From contig NC_091282.1 in assembly GCF_032444005.1 (NCBI RefSeq), positions 548,762,001 to 548,826,000 of the forward strand: a stretch of DNA of 64,000 bases, read 5' to 3'. Below the pieces are notes generated by a model that saw only the letters and a program-made list of their open reading frames with translations, was not told the origin of the DNA and searched no databases. Numbering within the stretch: the stretch's first letter is position 1; each line of letters starts with the position of its first letter. Shown in pieces: positions 39,987-53,339 of the stretch. Origin of the DNA: Ranitomeya imitator. Lineage: Eukaryota. The position numbers and the translations under genes were made by a program.

Positions 39987-41623
39987 TAGTGATGGGCGAG
40001 CACTAAAATGCTCAGGTGCTCGTTGCTCGGGTTGAGCAAATTGGAATACATGGGTACTTGACCCGAGCAACAAACCCAATGTAAGTCTATGGGAAACTTG
40101 AGCATTTTTACTGTGGCTTCCCCAGGCGGGTTTTAGAGGGACTAGAAATTGCGGAAATCAATGGGAACAGTGCTCAAATGACATGGAAACACCATGGGGA
40201 AGACCCCTGGAAGCATTTCTGACTTCCAGGTCACTGCTGTGAACAATGTTGGCAGAGTCTTACGCCTCTTTTACAGACTCACAATAAAAGATACAAAACT
40301 AAACCAAAATTGATTTTCCTGGGAAATATGTAAATAACATCATTTCCTGGTTAATAACTTGTATATAATGCAAAATAAATAACCAAAACCAAAAAATGTT
40401 CCTCCACACCCTGGGTTATGTTCACACGTAACGTTTTTGATGCATTTTTTTTACTTTAGCATTACTTTCAACCAAGACAAATGCATTCACTGGGAAATGT
40501 CATTTTAACATTTTACAACCTCATCTGGCCATGTGGTGTGTGACACATCATCAGACACATCCTGTTTCATTTATGAAGGAGGGACTCTGAAAGTCACAAA
40601 GCCTATTTTTATAGGGCCATCAGGCGGCCTTTACTATTCATTCATTAGCCGGCTATGCTTTGTTGTTCCCATTATGAATGAGTGGCTCTCCTATACTGTT
40701 ATTGCCTATGCAGTGAGTGGCAGGGCTGCCAAAAATTAAGACGAACTCCAATACCGCTTTGAAGAGGCATACAGGAGGGCCTCCTGAAAACAATGTTTTC
40801 ATTATTGTGAAGTGGTTCCCCCATACTGTTTGCCTATGCGTTGAATGCAAGGCCTGGCCACAATTTAGACACACCCCAATACCCCTTTGAAGAGACGTAC
40901 AGGAGGGCTACCTGAAAGCAATGTTCCCGTTATTCGGAAGTTGGTCCTCCCATACTGTTTGCCTATGCAGTGACTGCAACACCTGCCCCAAAGTTGGATG
41001 CACCCCAATACCCCTTTGAAGAGACTTATGGGAGGGCCACCTGAAAGCAATATTCCCATTATTAGCAAGTTGGTACTTCCATACTGTTTGCCTATGCATT
41101 GAATGCAAGGGCTGCCCAAAATTTAGATGCATCCCAATACCCCTTTGAAGAGACATACAGGAGGGCCACCTGAAAGTAATGTTCCCATTATTAGGAAGTT
41201 GGTACTTCCATACTGTTTAACTATGTATTGAATGCAAGGCCTGCCCTGCACCAAATTTAGATGCACCCCAATACCCCTTTGAGGAGACATACAGGAGGGC
41301 CACCTGAAAGCAATATTCTCATTATTAGGAAGTTGGTACTCTCATGCTGTTTGCCTATGCATTGAATGCAACTCCTGCCCCAAAGTTAGATGCACCCCAA
41401 TACCCCTTTGAAGAGACGTACAGGATGGCCACCTGAAAGCAATGTTCCCATTATTAGGAAGTTGGTACTCCCATACTGTTTGCCTATGCATTTAATGCAA
41501 GGCCTTCCTTGCCCCAAATTTAGACGCACCCCAATACCCCCTTTGAAGAGATGTACAGGAGGGCCACCTGAAAGCAATGTTCCCATTATTAGGAAGTTGG
41601 TACTCCCATACTGTTTGCCTATG

Positions 41624-44512
41624 TGTAAGGAGGTGAAGCACAATGAGAGTCTGGGGGCGGTTACCTTCTCGGCTCTGTGCCTGGAACCATTGAGCTGTGC
41701 TGCAGGTTGCCCAGGGGACAGACTTAGAGACTGGGACAGGAAGAAAGCCAGGCAGAGAGCGGGAAATGCACGCACGCAAGACACAGAGCAGCGTGAGCAG
41801 AAATCAGAGCAGGGTGCAGCTGCGCTCCGGGAGAGAGAGATATCTCCCGGTCAGAGGACAAATACAGAGAGATTGCCCAGAAAGACTGCATCTTGTGAGT
41901 ACCTGAAAGCGGACTCTGCTGTGACCGGTGAGGGGCGCTTTGAGATCCATGTAGTGACATTGGCCCGTATAGAGACTGCGACCCCCTGGTACAGAGACTA
42001 TGATTCCTGGTACAGAGACTGTGATTCCTGGTACAGAGATTAACAGTGCAGAGCCCCTGATTCCTGGTACAGAGACTTAACAGTGCAGAGCCCTTGATTC
42101 CTGCTGTGCTGTAAAGGCTAAAGACTCAGAGCTTGTGCATATCACAATAACTCCCGAAACCCCAGGCAGCAGGCTCCTAGAGACTACTCAGCCCACGGAC
42201 AACAGAGGAACGACAAGTGCCGCTGTTTCTTGGCGCCTACGTTGGAGAAGACGACCCTTCAAGCAAGTCCTCATCAGACTGATAAGTGTTCTTTTCTCAA
42301 GAAAATCCTGCTTAATTCCGTTACACTGTTTGACTCCCATATTTTTGCACTGTTTTATTGCTAGTTATTTTCCATTGCTTCCTCCCTGTGAGGAGAACCT
42401 TATTAATGTTATTAAACCCCTCAACTGTTGGTCTGTCTGTTCCGTGGTGACATACTCAGTACCTGCATACTATTACATTTGGCGTAGTCGGCAGGATGTC
42501 ACACGGTAGCGCGGACAGGGCAGACCAAGCAGCTGGGGAAGTTCCCAAGTCTAGCATTTCCCTGGGAGCCATGTTGAATAATTTGCCGAGGTTCACTGGG
42601 AACAATGTAATGCTGTGGAGTTGGACGGGGCGTATCCGGGGAATGATGCGGATGCATCCCATGACACCAGCCCTGGAGGCAGAAATTGCATTGATGGCCC
42701 TGGAGGGGGAGGCGGGGGATTCTGTCATGCATAGGTCACCCCGGGAGAGAGATACCCTAGATAAAGTGCTGCGCATACTTGAGGAGACGCATGGGGACCC
42801 CACTGACGTAGGGGAACTTCGCATGCGACTGTTTCACCAGGTACAACGGGAGGGGGAGACCGTGACCCAATTCATGAACGCCCTACAAGAGCTTCACACT
42901 GCTATCAGATGAAAGGACGGTGTAGGGGTTGGGTCAGTTGATGTGGTGCTCAGAGATCAGCTGGTGACGGGACTGCATGATGCAATGATGAAACAGGCAC
43001 TGCGAGAGCGCATGTGAGTAAAGCCAGACATGACTTTCTCTGAGGTTGGCAGTGAGGTGCGTGTGCGAGAACAAGAACAGGGAGTGATGGGGCTGGTGGG
43101 AAGGGTGCAGAGCGGGGAGGTAACCACCACCGCAGACAATGTCCCCAGTGGGTGGAGGACCTGAGAATGGAGATTAGACAAGTCTGTGAAGAAATGGCGG
43201 CCTCCAGAAGAAGTATGGCAGAAGGGCCCGGTCCTCTGGTGCGACACAGAGAAGCTGCCCCCTGAAGGGAGGGTGAAACTAGCAGGAGGAGAAGCCCTCT
43301 TACATGCTACACTTGTGGAGAATCCGGCCACATTGCTAGATGGTGTCCCCGGCGGAGCTGACCATCCTCGCGCCCTCCTTTAAACTAGGTGGCTCTGAGC
43401 TCGAGGGGCACCGTGAAGAACAGAGGAGGAGTAGTGAAAGTCCCCACAGTCTTGTTTGAACGTGTCCTCTGGTCTGGGCAGAAATCAATGGAAGAGCAGT
43501 GCGGTGCTTGATAGACACCGGCTCACAAGTGACCACCAGAACAACGAGCTCCCACAGAAATGGTGAGGTCTTCTGGCCCCATGGACCTACTGGCAATAGA
43601 TTACTTGACAATTGGACCAGCACACCAAGGCTATGAGCATTGTTTGGTTATGATAGACCACTTTACTAAATTTGCCGTAGTGACGCCCACACGGACCAGA
43701 CTGCCGAGTCTGCTGCTCATGCAATCTGCAAACACTTCATACAGGTGTACGGGGGTCCCAAGCGCATCCATTCTGATCAAGGGGCCTGCTTCCTCGGAAG
43801 AGTGATGGAGGAGCTACACCAGCTGTACAAAATCGATAAGTCCCGGACTACCCCTTATCATCCACAGGGGAATGGGATTTGTGAAAGATTTAACCGCACT
43901 CTGATTCAAATGCTGAGGACCCTGGAAGAGGACTCTTTGTTCTTTGGCCGACCCAGGAAGGGGCTGGCAGAGCTGGAGCTGGAACCCGAGGAGGACTACC
44001 CAAAGACGGGGGTGTACTCCTGGGTTCAAGAACATCGGCGGCGGCTGCGGACAATTCAACGTCTAGTGCAGAACCGGCTGCATCCTCAGGAGCTCCTCAA
44101 AAGGGGACAGCCCTGCGGCCTGGAGACCGAGTCTTAGTGAGGGAAAAGCGCCCACACAACAAACTAGAGTACCGGTGGGAGAAAAGGCCATACCGAAACT
44201 CCCGAAACCCCAGGCAGCAGGCTCCTAGAGACTACTCAGCCGACGGACAACAGAGGAATGACAAGTGCCGCTGTTTCTTGGCGCCTACGTTGGAGAAGAC
44301 GACCCTTCAAGCAAGTCCTCATCAGACTGATAAGTGTTCTTTTCTCAAGAAAAACCTGCTTAATTCTGTTACACTGTTTGACTCCCATATTTTTGCTAGT
44401 TATTTTCCATTGCTTCCTCCCTGCGAGGAGAACCGTATTACTGTTATTAAACCCCTCAACTGTTGGTCTGTCTGTTCCGTGGTGACATACTCAGTACCTG
44501 CATACTATTACA
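41624..44512 (+). mobile_element. Internally deleted Gypsy LTR retrotransposon: 5' LTR 41624-42477, PBS, gag, PR, [RT/RH deleted], IN, partial 3' LTR 44197-44512
   Basis: TG...CA ends with 4-bp TSD TATG. Perfect PBS TGGCGTAGTCGGCAGGAT (42480-42497). Motifs CYTCGESGHIARWCP, CLIDTGSQVTT, SDQGACF and YHPQGNGICERFNRTL. Confidence 0.9.
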
Positions 44513-44785
44513 TATGCAGTGGATGCAAGGTCTGCCCTGCACCAAATTTAGACGCACCCCAATACACCTTTGAGGAGACATACAGGAGGGCCAACTGAAA
44601 GCAATATTCTCATTATTAGGAAGTTGGTACTTTCATGCTGTTTGCCTATGCATTTAATGCAAGGCCTTCCCTGCCCCAAATTTAGATGCACCTCAATACC
44701 CCCTTGAAGAGACGTACATGAGGGCCTCCAGAATGCAATATTCCCATTATTAGGAAGTGGGTCTCCCATACTGTTTACCTATGCA

Positions 44786-46200
44786 GAGAATTGCAGTGTT
44801 GAGGCTGAATAACCTGCAGTGGAGAATTGTAGTGTTGAGGCTGAAGAACAGGCAGTGTAAAATTGCCGTGTTGAATCTGAAGAACCTGCAGTGAATTGCA
44901 ATGTTGAGGCTGAAGAACCTGCAGTGGAGAATTGCATTGTTGAAGCTGAAGAAACGGCAGTTGAGAATTGCAGTGTTGAGGCTGTAGAACAAGCAGTGTA
45001 AAATTGCAGTGTTGAGGCTGAAGAACCTGCAGTGGAGAATTGCAATGTTGAAGCTGAAGAAACGGCAGTGGAGAATTGTAGTGTTGAGGCTGAAGAACTT
45101 GCAGTGGAGAATTGCAGTGTTGAGGCTGAAGAACCTGCAGTGGAGAATTGTAATGTTGAGGCTGAAGAACCTGCAGTGGAGAATTGCAGTTTTGAAGCTG
45201 ATGAATTGGCAATGTAAAATTGTAGTGTTGAGGCTGAAGAACCTGCAGCGGTGAATTGCAATGTTGAGGCTGAAGAAACGGCAGTTGAGAATTGCAGTGT
45301 TGAGGCTGTAGAACAAGCAGTGTAAAATTGCAGTGTTGAGGCTGAAGAACCTGCAGTGGAGAATTGCAATGTTGAAGCTGAAGAAACGGCAGTGGAGAAT
45401 TGTAGTGTTGAGGCTGAAGAACTTGCAGTGGAGAATTGCAGTGTTGAGGCTGAAGAACCTGCAGTGGAGAATTGCAGTGTTGAGGCTGAAGAACCTGCAG
45501 TGGAGAATTGTAATGTTGAGGCTGAAGAACCTGCAGTGGAGAATTGCAGTTTTGAAGCTGATGAATTGGCAATGTAAAATTGTAGTGTTGAGGCTGAAGA
45601 ACCTGCAGCGGTGAATTGCAATGTTGAGGCTGAAGAACCTGCAGTGGAGAATTGCAGTTTTGAAGCTGATGAATTGGCAATGTAAAATTGTAGTGTTGAG
45701 GCTGAAGAACCTGCAGTGGTGAATTGCAATGTTGAGGCTCAAGAACCTGCAGTGGAGAATTGCAGTGTTGAGGCTGAAGAACCTGCAGTGGAGAATTGCA
45801 GTTTTGAGGCTGAAGAATTGGCAATGTAAAATTGTGGTGTTGAGGCTGAAGAACGTGCAGTGGAGAATTGCAGTGTTGAGGCTGAAGAACCTGCAGTGGA
45901 GAATTGCAGTGTTGAGGCTGAAGAACCTGCAGTGGAGAATTGTATTGTTGAGAATGAAGAACCGGCAGTGGAGAATTGCAGTGTTGAGGCTGAAGAACCT
46001 GCAGTGGAAAATTGTATTGTTAAGAATCAAGAACCGGCAGTGGAGAATTGCAGTGTTGAGGCTGAAGAACCTGCAGTGGAGAATTTCAATGTTGAAGCTG
46101 AAGAAACTGCAGTGGAGAATTGCATTGTTGAAGCTGAAAAATGTGCAATGAGAACTACATTTTTGAGGTTGAAAAATCTGCAATGGAGAATTGCAATGTA
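44786..46200. repeat. 36-bp minisatellite GCAGTGGAGAATTGCAGTGTTGAGGCTGAAGAACCT with a 324-bp higher-order duplication
   Basis: Identical variant blocks start at 45009 and 45333. Confidence 0.9.
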
Positions 46201-46715
46201 GATGAGTTCCTAATGCTGTTTGAAAGGGTCGCCGAGATGGAAAAACTGCTGCCAGAGCAGTGGGCACAGGTACTGGTGCCACACTTGACGGGGGAACCCC
46301 TGAAAGCATACTATGATTTAGCTTTGCAGGACTCTAAAGAGTATGGCAAGCTAAAAATCGATATTCTTGCACGCTTGGGGGTAACAATGACTCTCAGGGC
46401 ACAGCGGATTCACCATTGGGCGTATCACCAGGACAAACCACCGCGCTCCCAAATGTTTGACCTGTTGCACCTGGTACAGAACTGGCTGCAGCCAGAGTCC
46501 TCTATGCCTGGGCATATGGTAGAACGGGTGTTGATGGACCGTTTGTGCACTCCCTGCCAAGGCCGTACAGACTTGGGTTTCCCAGGGTGATCCCTGGAAT
46601 GCTGATGAATTGGACAGACTGGTCAAGAGATACCAGGGGATGGAACGATTCGAGGGAAAGCAGCCCACTCCATACTGGGGGTCCCAACGGGGCAGAGGCC
46701 CAAAAAGGTTTGGGG
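46190..46715 (+). pseudogene. Gmr1-like gag fragment with a SCAN-like domain
   Basis: DEFLMLFERVAE...QWAQVLVPHLTGEPLKAY...RAQRIHHWAYHQDKPPRSQMFDLLHLVQNWLQPE...VERVLMDR. Confidence 0.75.
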
Positions 46716-47540
46716 CACCCATACTGTTTGCCTATGCAGTGAATGCAAGAGCAGCTACAAATTTGGACGCACTCCAATACCCCTTGGAAGAGACGTGGAG
46801 GAGGGCCTCATAAAACAATTTTCCCATTATTAGGAAGTGGGTCTCCCATACTCTTTGCTTATGCAGTGAATGCAATGGCTTCCAAAAATTTGGACGCACC
46901 CCAATACCCCTTTGATGAGAAGTACAGGAGGGCCTAATGAAAACAATATTACCATTATTAGGAAGTGAGTTTCCCATAGTGGTTGCCTATGCAGTGAATC
47001 CAAGGGCTGCCAAAAATTTGGGTGCACACCAATACCTCTTTTACGAGGCGTGGGGAAGGGCCTAATAAAAAATGTTTCCATTAGAAAGGAGCGGGTCTCC
47101 TATACTTGTAATGCCCATGCACTAAGTGTATGGGCTGACAAACATTTACCCCTGTGGGGTATACATGAACATACCGTATAACCATTTTTTATGGTACATG
47201 CATCATAAACACCCTTTAAAAAATTATGTGGGTGTTGCATCATGGACCACGGTCACCCTGGTGATCTGGTGGTGTAGGATGAGGATGATGAGAAGGAGGA
47301 GGACAACAGCAAATAGCCAAAATCATGAAGCGTATACCCATGTGTGCGTGTGAAGAGGTGCATGGGAATAGACTTCCCAAAAAAAGACACTGGATTTGAG
47401 TTTGTTACGCTGCTACGGTCAGAAAGGTCTCCCTCAGCATCTTCCAAAACTTTGTACTCCTTATGAGAGTACCCCACGCCTCAGGGCCAGTGCGATGGGA
47501 AGGTCTGAGAAAACTCTCCCAGAACTTTGCCAGTGTTCCC

Positions 47541-50500
47541 TGTTGTGAATTCTGTGGCAGAGCTCCCCCCTGTGGTCACAAGTGGTACTTCGGCTGATTC
47601 TCTCTGTAAGCTTCCGTTGGTGGAGGGAAGTGGTGCTGCGGCTTCTGAGTTTCCTCCCTCAGGTGATGTGGTGAGGTCGTTAGGTGCTGCTCTACTTAAC
47701 TCCACCTAGTGCTTTGATCCTGGCTTCCTGTCAATGTTCCAGTATTGGACTTGTTTTCCTCCTGGATCGTTCCTGTGGCCTGCTGCTCTGCATAGCTAAG
47801 TTTTCCTTTGCTATTTTGTTTGCTTTTCTTCTTTCCAGCTTATCTATTTGTTTGCTGGAAGCTCTGGGACGCAGAGGGTGTACCTCCGTGCCGTTAGTTC
47901 GGTACGGAGGGTCTTTTTGCCCCCTTTGCGTGGTTTTTAGGGTTTTGTGTTGACCGCAAAGTTACCTTTCCTATCCTCGCTCTGTTCAGAAAGTCGGGCC
48001 TCACTTTGCTATATCTATTTCATCTCTACGTTTGTCTTTTCATCTTACTCACAGTCATTATATGTGGGGGGCTGCCTTTTCCTTTGGGGTATTTCTCTGA
48101 GGCAAGATAGGCTTATTTCCTTCTTCAGGCTAGCTAGTTTATCAGGCTGTGCCGAGTTGCATAGGTAGCGTTAGGCGCAATCCACGGCTGCCTCTAGTGT
48201 TGTTGGATAGGATTAGGGATTGCGGTCAACAGAGTTCCCACGTCTCAGAGCTCGTTCTATGTTTTTGGATTATTGTCAGATCACTGTATGTGCTCTGACC
48301 TCTATGTTCACTGTGGTACTGAGTCGCCTAATCAGAACAGTACAGGAAGCCAAAGTACTAATGATTCTCAATAGAGGGAAAAAAGAAGTTCTGAGACCAT
48401 TTTTTTTTCTCTGCACTGTGTTTTGCCTTTTTTTTTCCCCTAGACATTTGGGTGGTTCAGGACACAGGTGTAGCAATGGACATTAGAAGTCTGTCTTCAT
48501 GTGTGGATCAGCTCTCGGAAAGAGTACAAAAGATTCAAGACACTATTGATCAGAAATCTATGTTAGAACCAAGAATTCCTATTCCTGATTTGTTTTTTGG
48601 TGATAGAACTAAGTTTCTGAGTTTCAAAAATAATTGTAAACTATTTCTGGCCTTGAAACCTCGCTCCTCTGGTGACCCAGTTCAACAGGTTTTGATCATT
48701 ATTTCTTTTTTGCGTGGCGACCCTCAGGACTGGGCATTTTCTCTTGCGCCAGGAGATCCTGCATTAAGTAATATCGATGCGTTTTTCCTGGCGCTCGGAT
48801 TGCTGTACGATGAGCCTAATTCAGTGGATCAGGCAGAAAAAATTTGCTGGCTCTTCGTCAGGGTCAGGATGAGATAGAGTTATATTGTCAGAAATTTAGA
48901 AAGTGGTCCGTGCTCACTCAATGGAATGAATCTGCGCTGGCAGCTATGTTCAGAAAGGGTCTCTCTGAAGCCCTTAAGGATGTCATGGTGGGATTTCCTA
49001 TGCCTGCTGGTTTGAATGAGTCTATGTCTTTGGCCATTCAGATTGGTCGACGCTTGCGTGAGCGTAAATCTGTGCACCATTTGGCGGTATTACCTGAGCT
49101 TAAACCTGAGCCTATGCAGTGCGATAGGACTTTGACCAGAGTTGAACGGCAAGAACACAGACGTCTGAATGGGCTGTGTTTCTACTGTGGTGATTCCACT
49201 CATGCTATCTCTGATTGTCCTAAGCGCACTAAGCGGTTCGCTAGGTTTGCCACCATTGGTACAGTACAGTCAAAATTTCTTCTGTCCGTTACCTTGATCT
49301 GCTCTTTGTCATCGTATTCTGTCATGGCATTTGTGGATTCAGGCGCTGCCCTGAATTTGATGGACTTGGAGTATGCTAAGCATTGTGGGTTTTTCTTGGA
49401 GCCCTTGCAGTGTCCTATTCCATTGAGAGGAATTGATGCTACGCCTTTGGCCAAGAATAAGCCTCAGTACTGGACCCAGCTGACCATGTACATAGCTCCT
49501 GCACATCAGGAGGTTATTAGCTTTCTGGTGTTGCATAATCTGCATGATGTGGTCGTGTTGGGGTTGCCATGGCTACAAGTCCATAATCCAGTATTAGATT
49601 GGAAATCCATGTCGGTGTCCAGCTGGGGTTGTCAGGGGGTACATGGTGATGTTCCATTTCTGTCAATTTCGTCATCCACCCCTTCTGAGGTTCCAGAGTT
49701 CTTGTCTGATTACCGGGATGTATTTGATGAGCCCAAGTCCGATGCCCTACCTCCGCATAGGGATTGTGATTGTGCTATCAATTTGATTCCTGGTAGTAAG
49801 TTCCCAAAAGGCCGATTGTTTAATTTATCTGTGCCTGAGCACGCCGCTATGCGCAGTTATGTGAAGGAGTCCCTGGAGAAGGGGCATATTCGCCCGTCAT
49901 CATCGCCATTAGGAGCAGGGTTCTTTTTTGTAGCCAAGAAGGATGGTTCACTGAGACCTTGTATAGATTACCGCCTTCTAAATAAGATCACGGTTAAATT
50001 TCAGTACCCCTTGCCGTTGTTATCTGATTTGTTTGCTCGGATTAAGGGGGCTAGTTGGTTCACCAAGATAGATCTTCGTGGTGCGTATAATCTTGTGCGA
50101 ATTAAGCGAGGCGATGAATGGAAAACTGCATTTAATACGCCCGAGGGTCATTTTGAGTATCTAGTAATGCCATTCAGACTTGCCAATGCTCCATCAGTGT
50201 TTCAGTCCTTTATGCATGACATCTTCCGAGAGTACCTGGATAAATTCCTGATTGTGTACTTGGATGACATTTTGATCTTCTCGGATGATTAGGAGTCTCA
50301 TGTGAAGCAGGTCAGAACGGTTTTTCAGGTCCTGCGTGCTAATTCTTTGTTTGTGAAGGGATCAAAGTGTCTCTTTGGTGTGCAGAAGGTTTCATTTTTG
50401 GGGTTCATCTTTTCCCCATCTACTATCGAGATGGATCCTGTTAAGGTCCAAGCCATCCATGATTGGACTCAGCCGACATCTCTGAAAAGTCTGCAAAAGT

Positions 50501-53333
50501 TCCTGAGCTTTGCTAATTTTTATCGTCGCTTCATCTGCAATTTTTCTAGTATTGCTAAACCATTGACCGATTTGACCAAGAAGGGTGCTGATGTGGTCAA
50601 TTGGTCTTCTGCTGCTGTGGAAGCTTTTCAAGAGTTGAAGCGTCGTTTTTCTTCTGCCCCTGTGTTGTGTCAACCAGATGTTTCGCTTCCGTTCCAGGTC
50701 GAGGTTGATGCTTCTGAGATTGGAGCAGGGGCTGTTTTGTCGCAGAGAGGTTCTGATTGCTCAGTGATGAAACCGTGCGCCTTCTTTTCCAGGAAGTTTT
50801 CGCCTGCTGAGCGAAATTATGATGTGGGCAACCGAGAGTTGCTGGCCATGAAGTGGGCATTCGAGGAGTGGCGTCATTGGCTTGAAGGAGCTAAGCATCG
50901 CGTGGTGGTCTTGACTGATCATAAGAACTTGACTTATCTCGAGTCCGCCAAGCGGTTGAATCCTAGACAAGCTCGTTGGTCGTTGTTTTTTGCCCGTTTT
51001 GACTTTGTGATTTCATACCTTCTGGGCTCTAAAAATGTGAAGGCGGATGCTCTTTCTAGGAGTTTTGTGCCCGACTCTCCGGGTGTATCTGAGCCGGCGG
51101 GTATCCTCAAAGAGGGAGTAATTGTGTCTGCCATCTCCCCTAATTTGCGGTGAGTGCTGCAAAAATTTCAGGCTAATAAACCTGATCGTTGTCCAGCGGA
51201 GAAACTGTTTGTCCCTGATAGGTGGACGAATAAAGTTATCTCTGAGGTTCATTGTTCGGTCTTGGCTGGTCATCCTGGAATCTTTGGTACCAGAGAGTTA
51301 GTGGCTAGATCCTTTTGATGGCCATCTCTGTCGCGGGATGTGCGTACTTTTGTGCAGTCCTGTGGGATTTGTGCTCGGGCTAAGCCCTGCTGTTCTCTTG
51401 CCAGTGGGTTGCTTCTGCCCTTGCCAGTCCCGAAGAGGCCTTGGACACATATCTCTATGGATTTTATTTCAGATCTTCCCATTTCTCAAAAGATGTCAGT
51501 CATTTGGGTGGTCTGTGATCGCTTTTCTAAGATGGTCCATTTGGTACCCTTGTCTAAATTGCCTTCCTCCTCTGATTTGGTGCCATTGTTCTTCCAGCAT
51601 GTGGTTCGTTTACATGGCATTCCAGAGAATATCGTTTCTGACAGAGGTTCCCAGTTTGTTTCGAGGTTTTGGCGAGCTTTTTGTGGTAGGATGGGCATTG
51701 ACTTGTCTTTTTCCTCGGCTTTCCATCCTCAGACTAATGGCCAGACCGAACGAACCAATCAGACCTTGGAAACATATCTGAGATGTTTTGTTTCTGCTGA
51801 TCAGGATGACTGGGTGTCCTTTTTGCCTTTGGCTGAGTTCGCCCTTAATAATCGGGCTAGCTCGGCTACCTTGGTTTCGCCATTTTTCTGCAACTCTGGG
51901 TTCCATCCTCGTTTCTCGTCAGGACAGGTTGAGTCTTCGGACTGTCCTGGTGTGGATACTGTGGTGGACAGGTTGCAGCAGATTTGGACTCAGGTAGTGG
52001 ACAATTTGACCTTGTCCCAGGAGAAGGCTCAACGTTTTGCTAATCGCAGACGCTGTGTGGGTCCCCGACTTCGTGTTGGGGATCTGGTTTGGCTATCTTC
52101 TCGTCATATTCCTATGAAGGTTTCCTCTCCTAAGTTTAAACCTCGTTTCATTGGTCCGTATAGGATTTCTGAGGTTCTTAATCCTGTGTCTTTTCGTCTG
52201 ACCCTTCCAGATTCTTTTCCATACATAACGTATTCCATAGGTCATTGTTGCGGAGATACGTGGCACCTATGGTTCCTTCTGTTGACCCTCCTGCCCCGGT
52301 TTTGGTGGAGGGGGAGTTGGAGTATATTGTGGAGAAGATTTTGGATTCTCGTTTTTCAAGACGGAAACTCCAGTATCTGGTTAAGTGGAAGGGTTATGCT
52401 CAGGAAGATAATTCCTGGGTCTTTGCCTCTGATGTCCATGCTCCCGATCTTGTTCGTGCCTTTCATGTGGCTCATCCTGGTCGGCCTGGGGGCTCTGGTG
52501 AGGGTTCGGTGACCCCTCCTCAAGGGGGGGGTACTGTTGTGAATTCTGTGGCAGAGCTCCCTCCTGTGGTCACAAGTGGTACTTCGGCTGATTCTCTCTG
52601 TAAGCTTCCGTTGGTGGAGGGAAGTGGTACTGCGGCTTCTGAGTTTCCTCCCTCAGGTGATGTGGTGAGGTCTTTAGGTGTTGCTCTACTTAACTCCACC
52701 TAGTGCTTTGATCCTGGCTTCCTGTCAATGTTCCAGTATTGGACTTGTTTTCCTCCTGGATCGTTCCTGTGGCCTGCTGCTCTGCATAGCTAAGTTTTCC
52801 TTTGCTGTTTTGTTTGCTTTTCTTCTTTCCAGCTTATCTATTTGTTTGCTGGAAGCTCTGGGACGCAGAGGGTGTACCTCCATGCCGTTAGTTCGGTACG
52901 GAGGGTCTTTTTGCCCCCTTTGCGTGGTTTTTAGGGTTTTGTGTTGACCGCAAAGTTACCTTTCCTATCCTCGCTCTGTTCAGAAAGTCGGGCCTCACTT
53001 TGCTATATCTATTTCATCTCTACGTTTGTCTTTTCATCTTACTCACAGTCATTATATGTGGGGGGCTGCCTTTTCCTTTGGGGTATTTCTCTGAGGCAAG
53101 GTAGGCTTATTTTCTTCTTCAGGCTAGCTAGTTTCTCAGGCTGTGCCGAGTTGCATAGGTAGCGTTAGGCGCAATCCACGGCTGCCTCTAGTGTTGTTGG
53201 ATAGGATTAGGGATTGCGGTCAACAGAGTTCCCACGTCTCAGAGCTCGTTCTATGTTTTTGGATTATTGTCAGATCACTGTATGTGCTCTGACCTCTATG
53301 TTCACTGTGGTACTGAATTGCCTAATCAGAACA
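47541..53333 (+). mobile_element. Near-full-length Tf1/sushi-type chromovirus (Gypsy) with 799-bp LTRs (47541-48339 and 52535-53333)
   Basis: The LTRs differ at about 11 positions. The PPT AAGGGGGGGG precedes the 3' LTR. TSD is GTTCCC (a 5- or 6-bp reading is possible). Inserted in the hAT transposase. Confidence 0.95.
48452..52480 (+). pseudogene. gag-PR-RT-RNase H-IN-chromodomain polyprotein, disrupted
   Basis: CFYCGDSTHAISDC, FVDSGA, YLDDILIF, EVDASE, MDFI/SDRGSQF/QTERTN and EYIVEKILDSR...YLVKWKGY. Frameshifts near 48840 and 52220; stops near 50290, 51151 and 51317. Confidence 0.92.
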
Positions 53334-53339
53334 GTTCCC

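Larger units (their letters stand above)
40660..47100. repeat. ~130-bp satellite array inside the hAT element, interrupted at 41624-44512 and ~44786-46715
   Basis: CCATACTGTTTGCCTATGC recurs near 40821, 40950, 41079, 41208, 41471 and 41607, and again at 44630-44785 and 46720-46990. Confidence 0.9.

Noticed and set aside
44750-46309. 519-aa and other repetitive ORFs
   Set aside because: They are products of the 36-bp tandem repeat.
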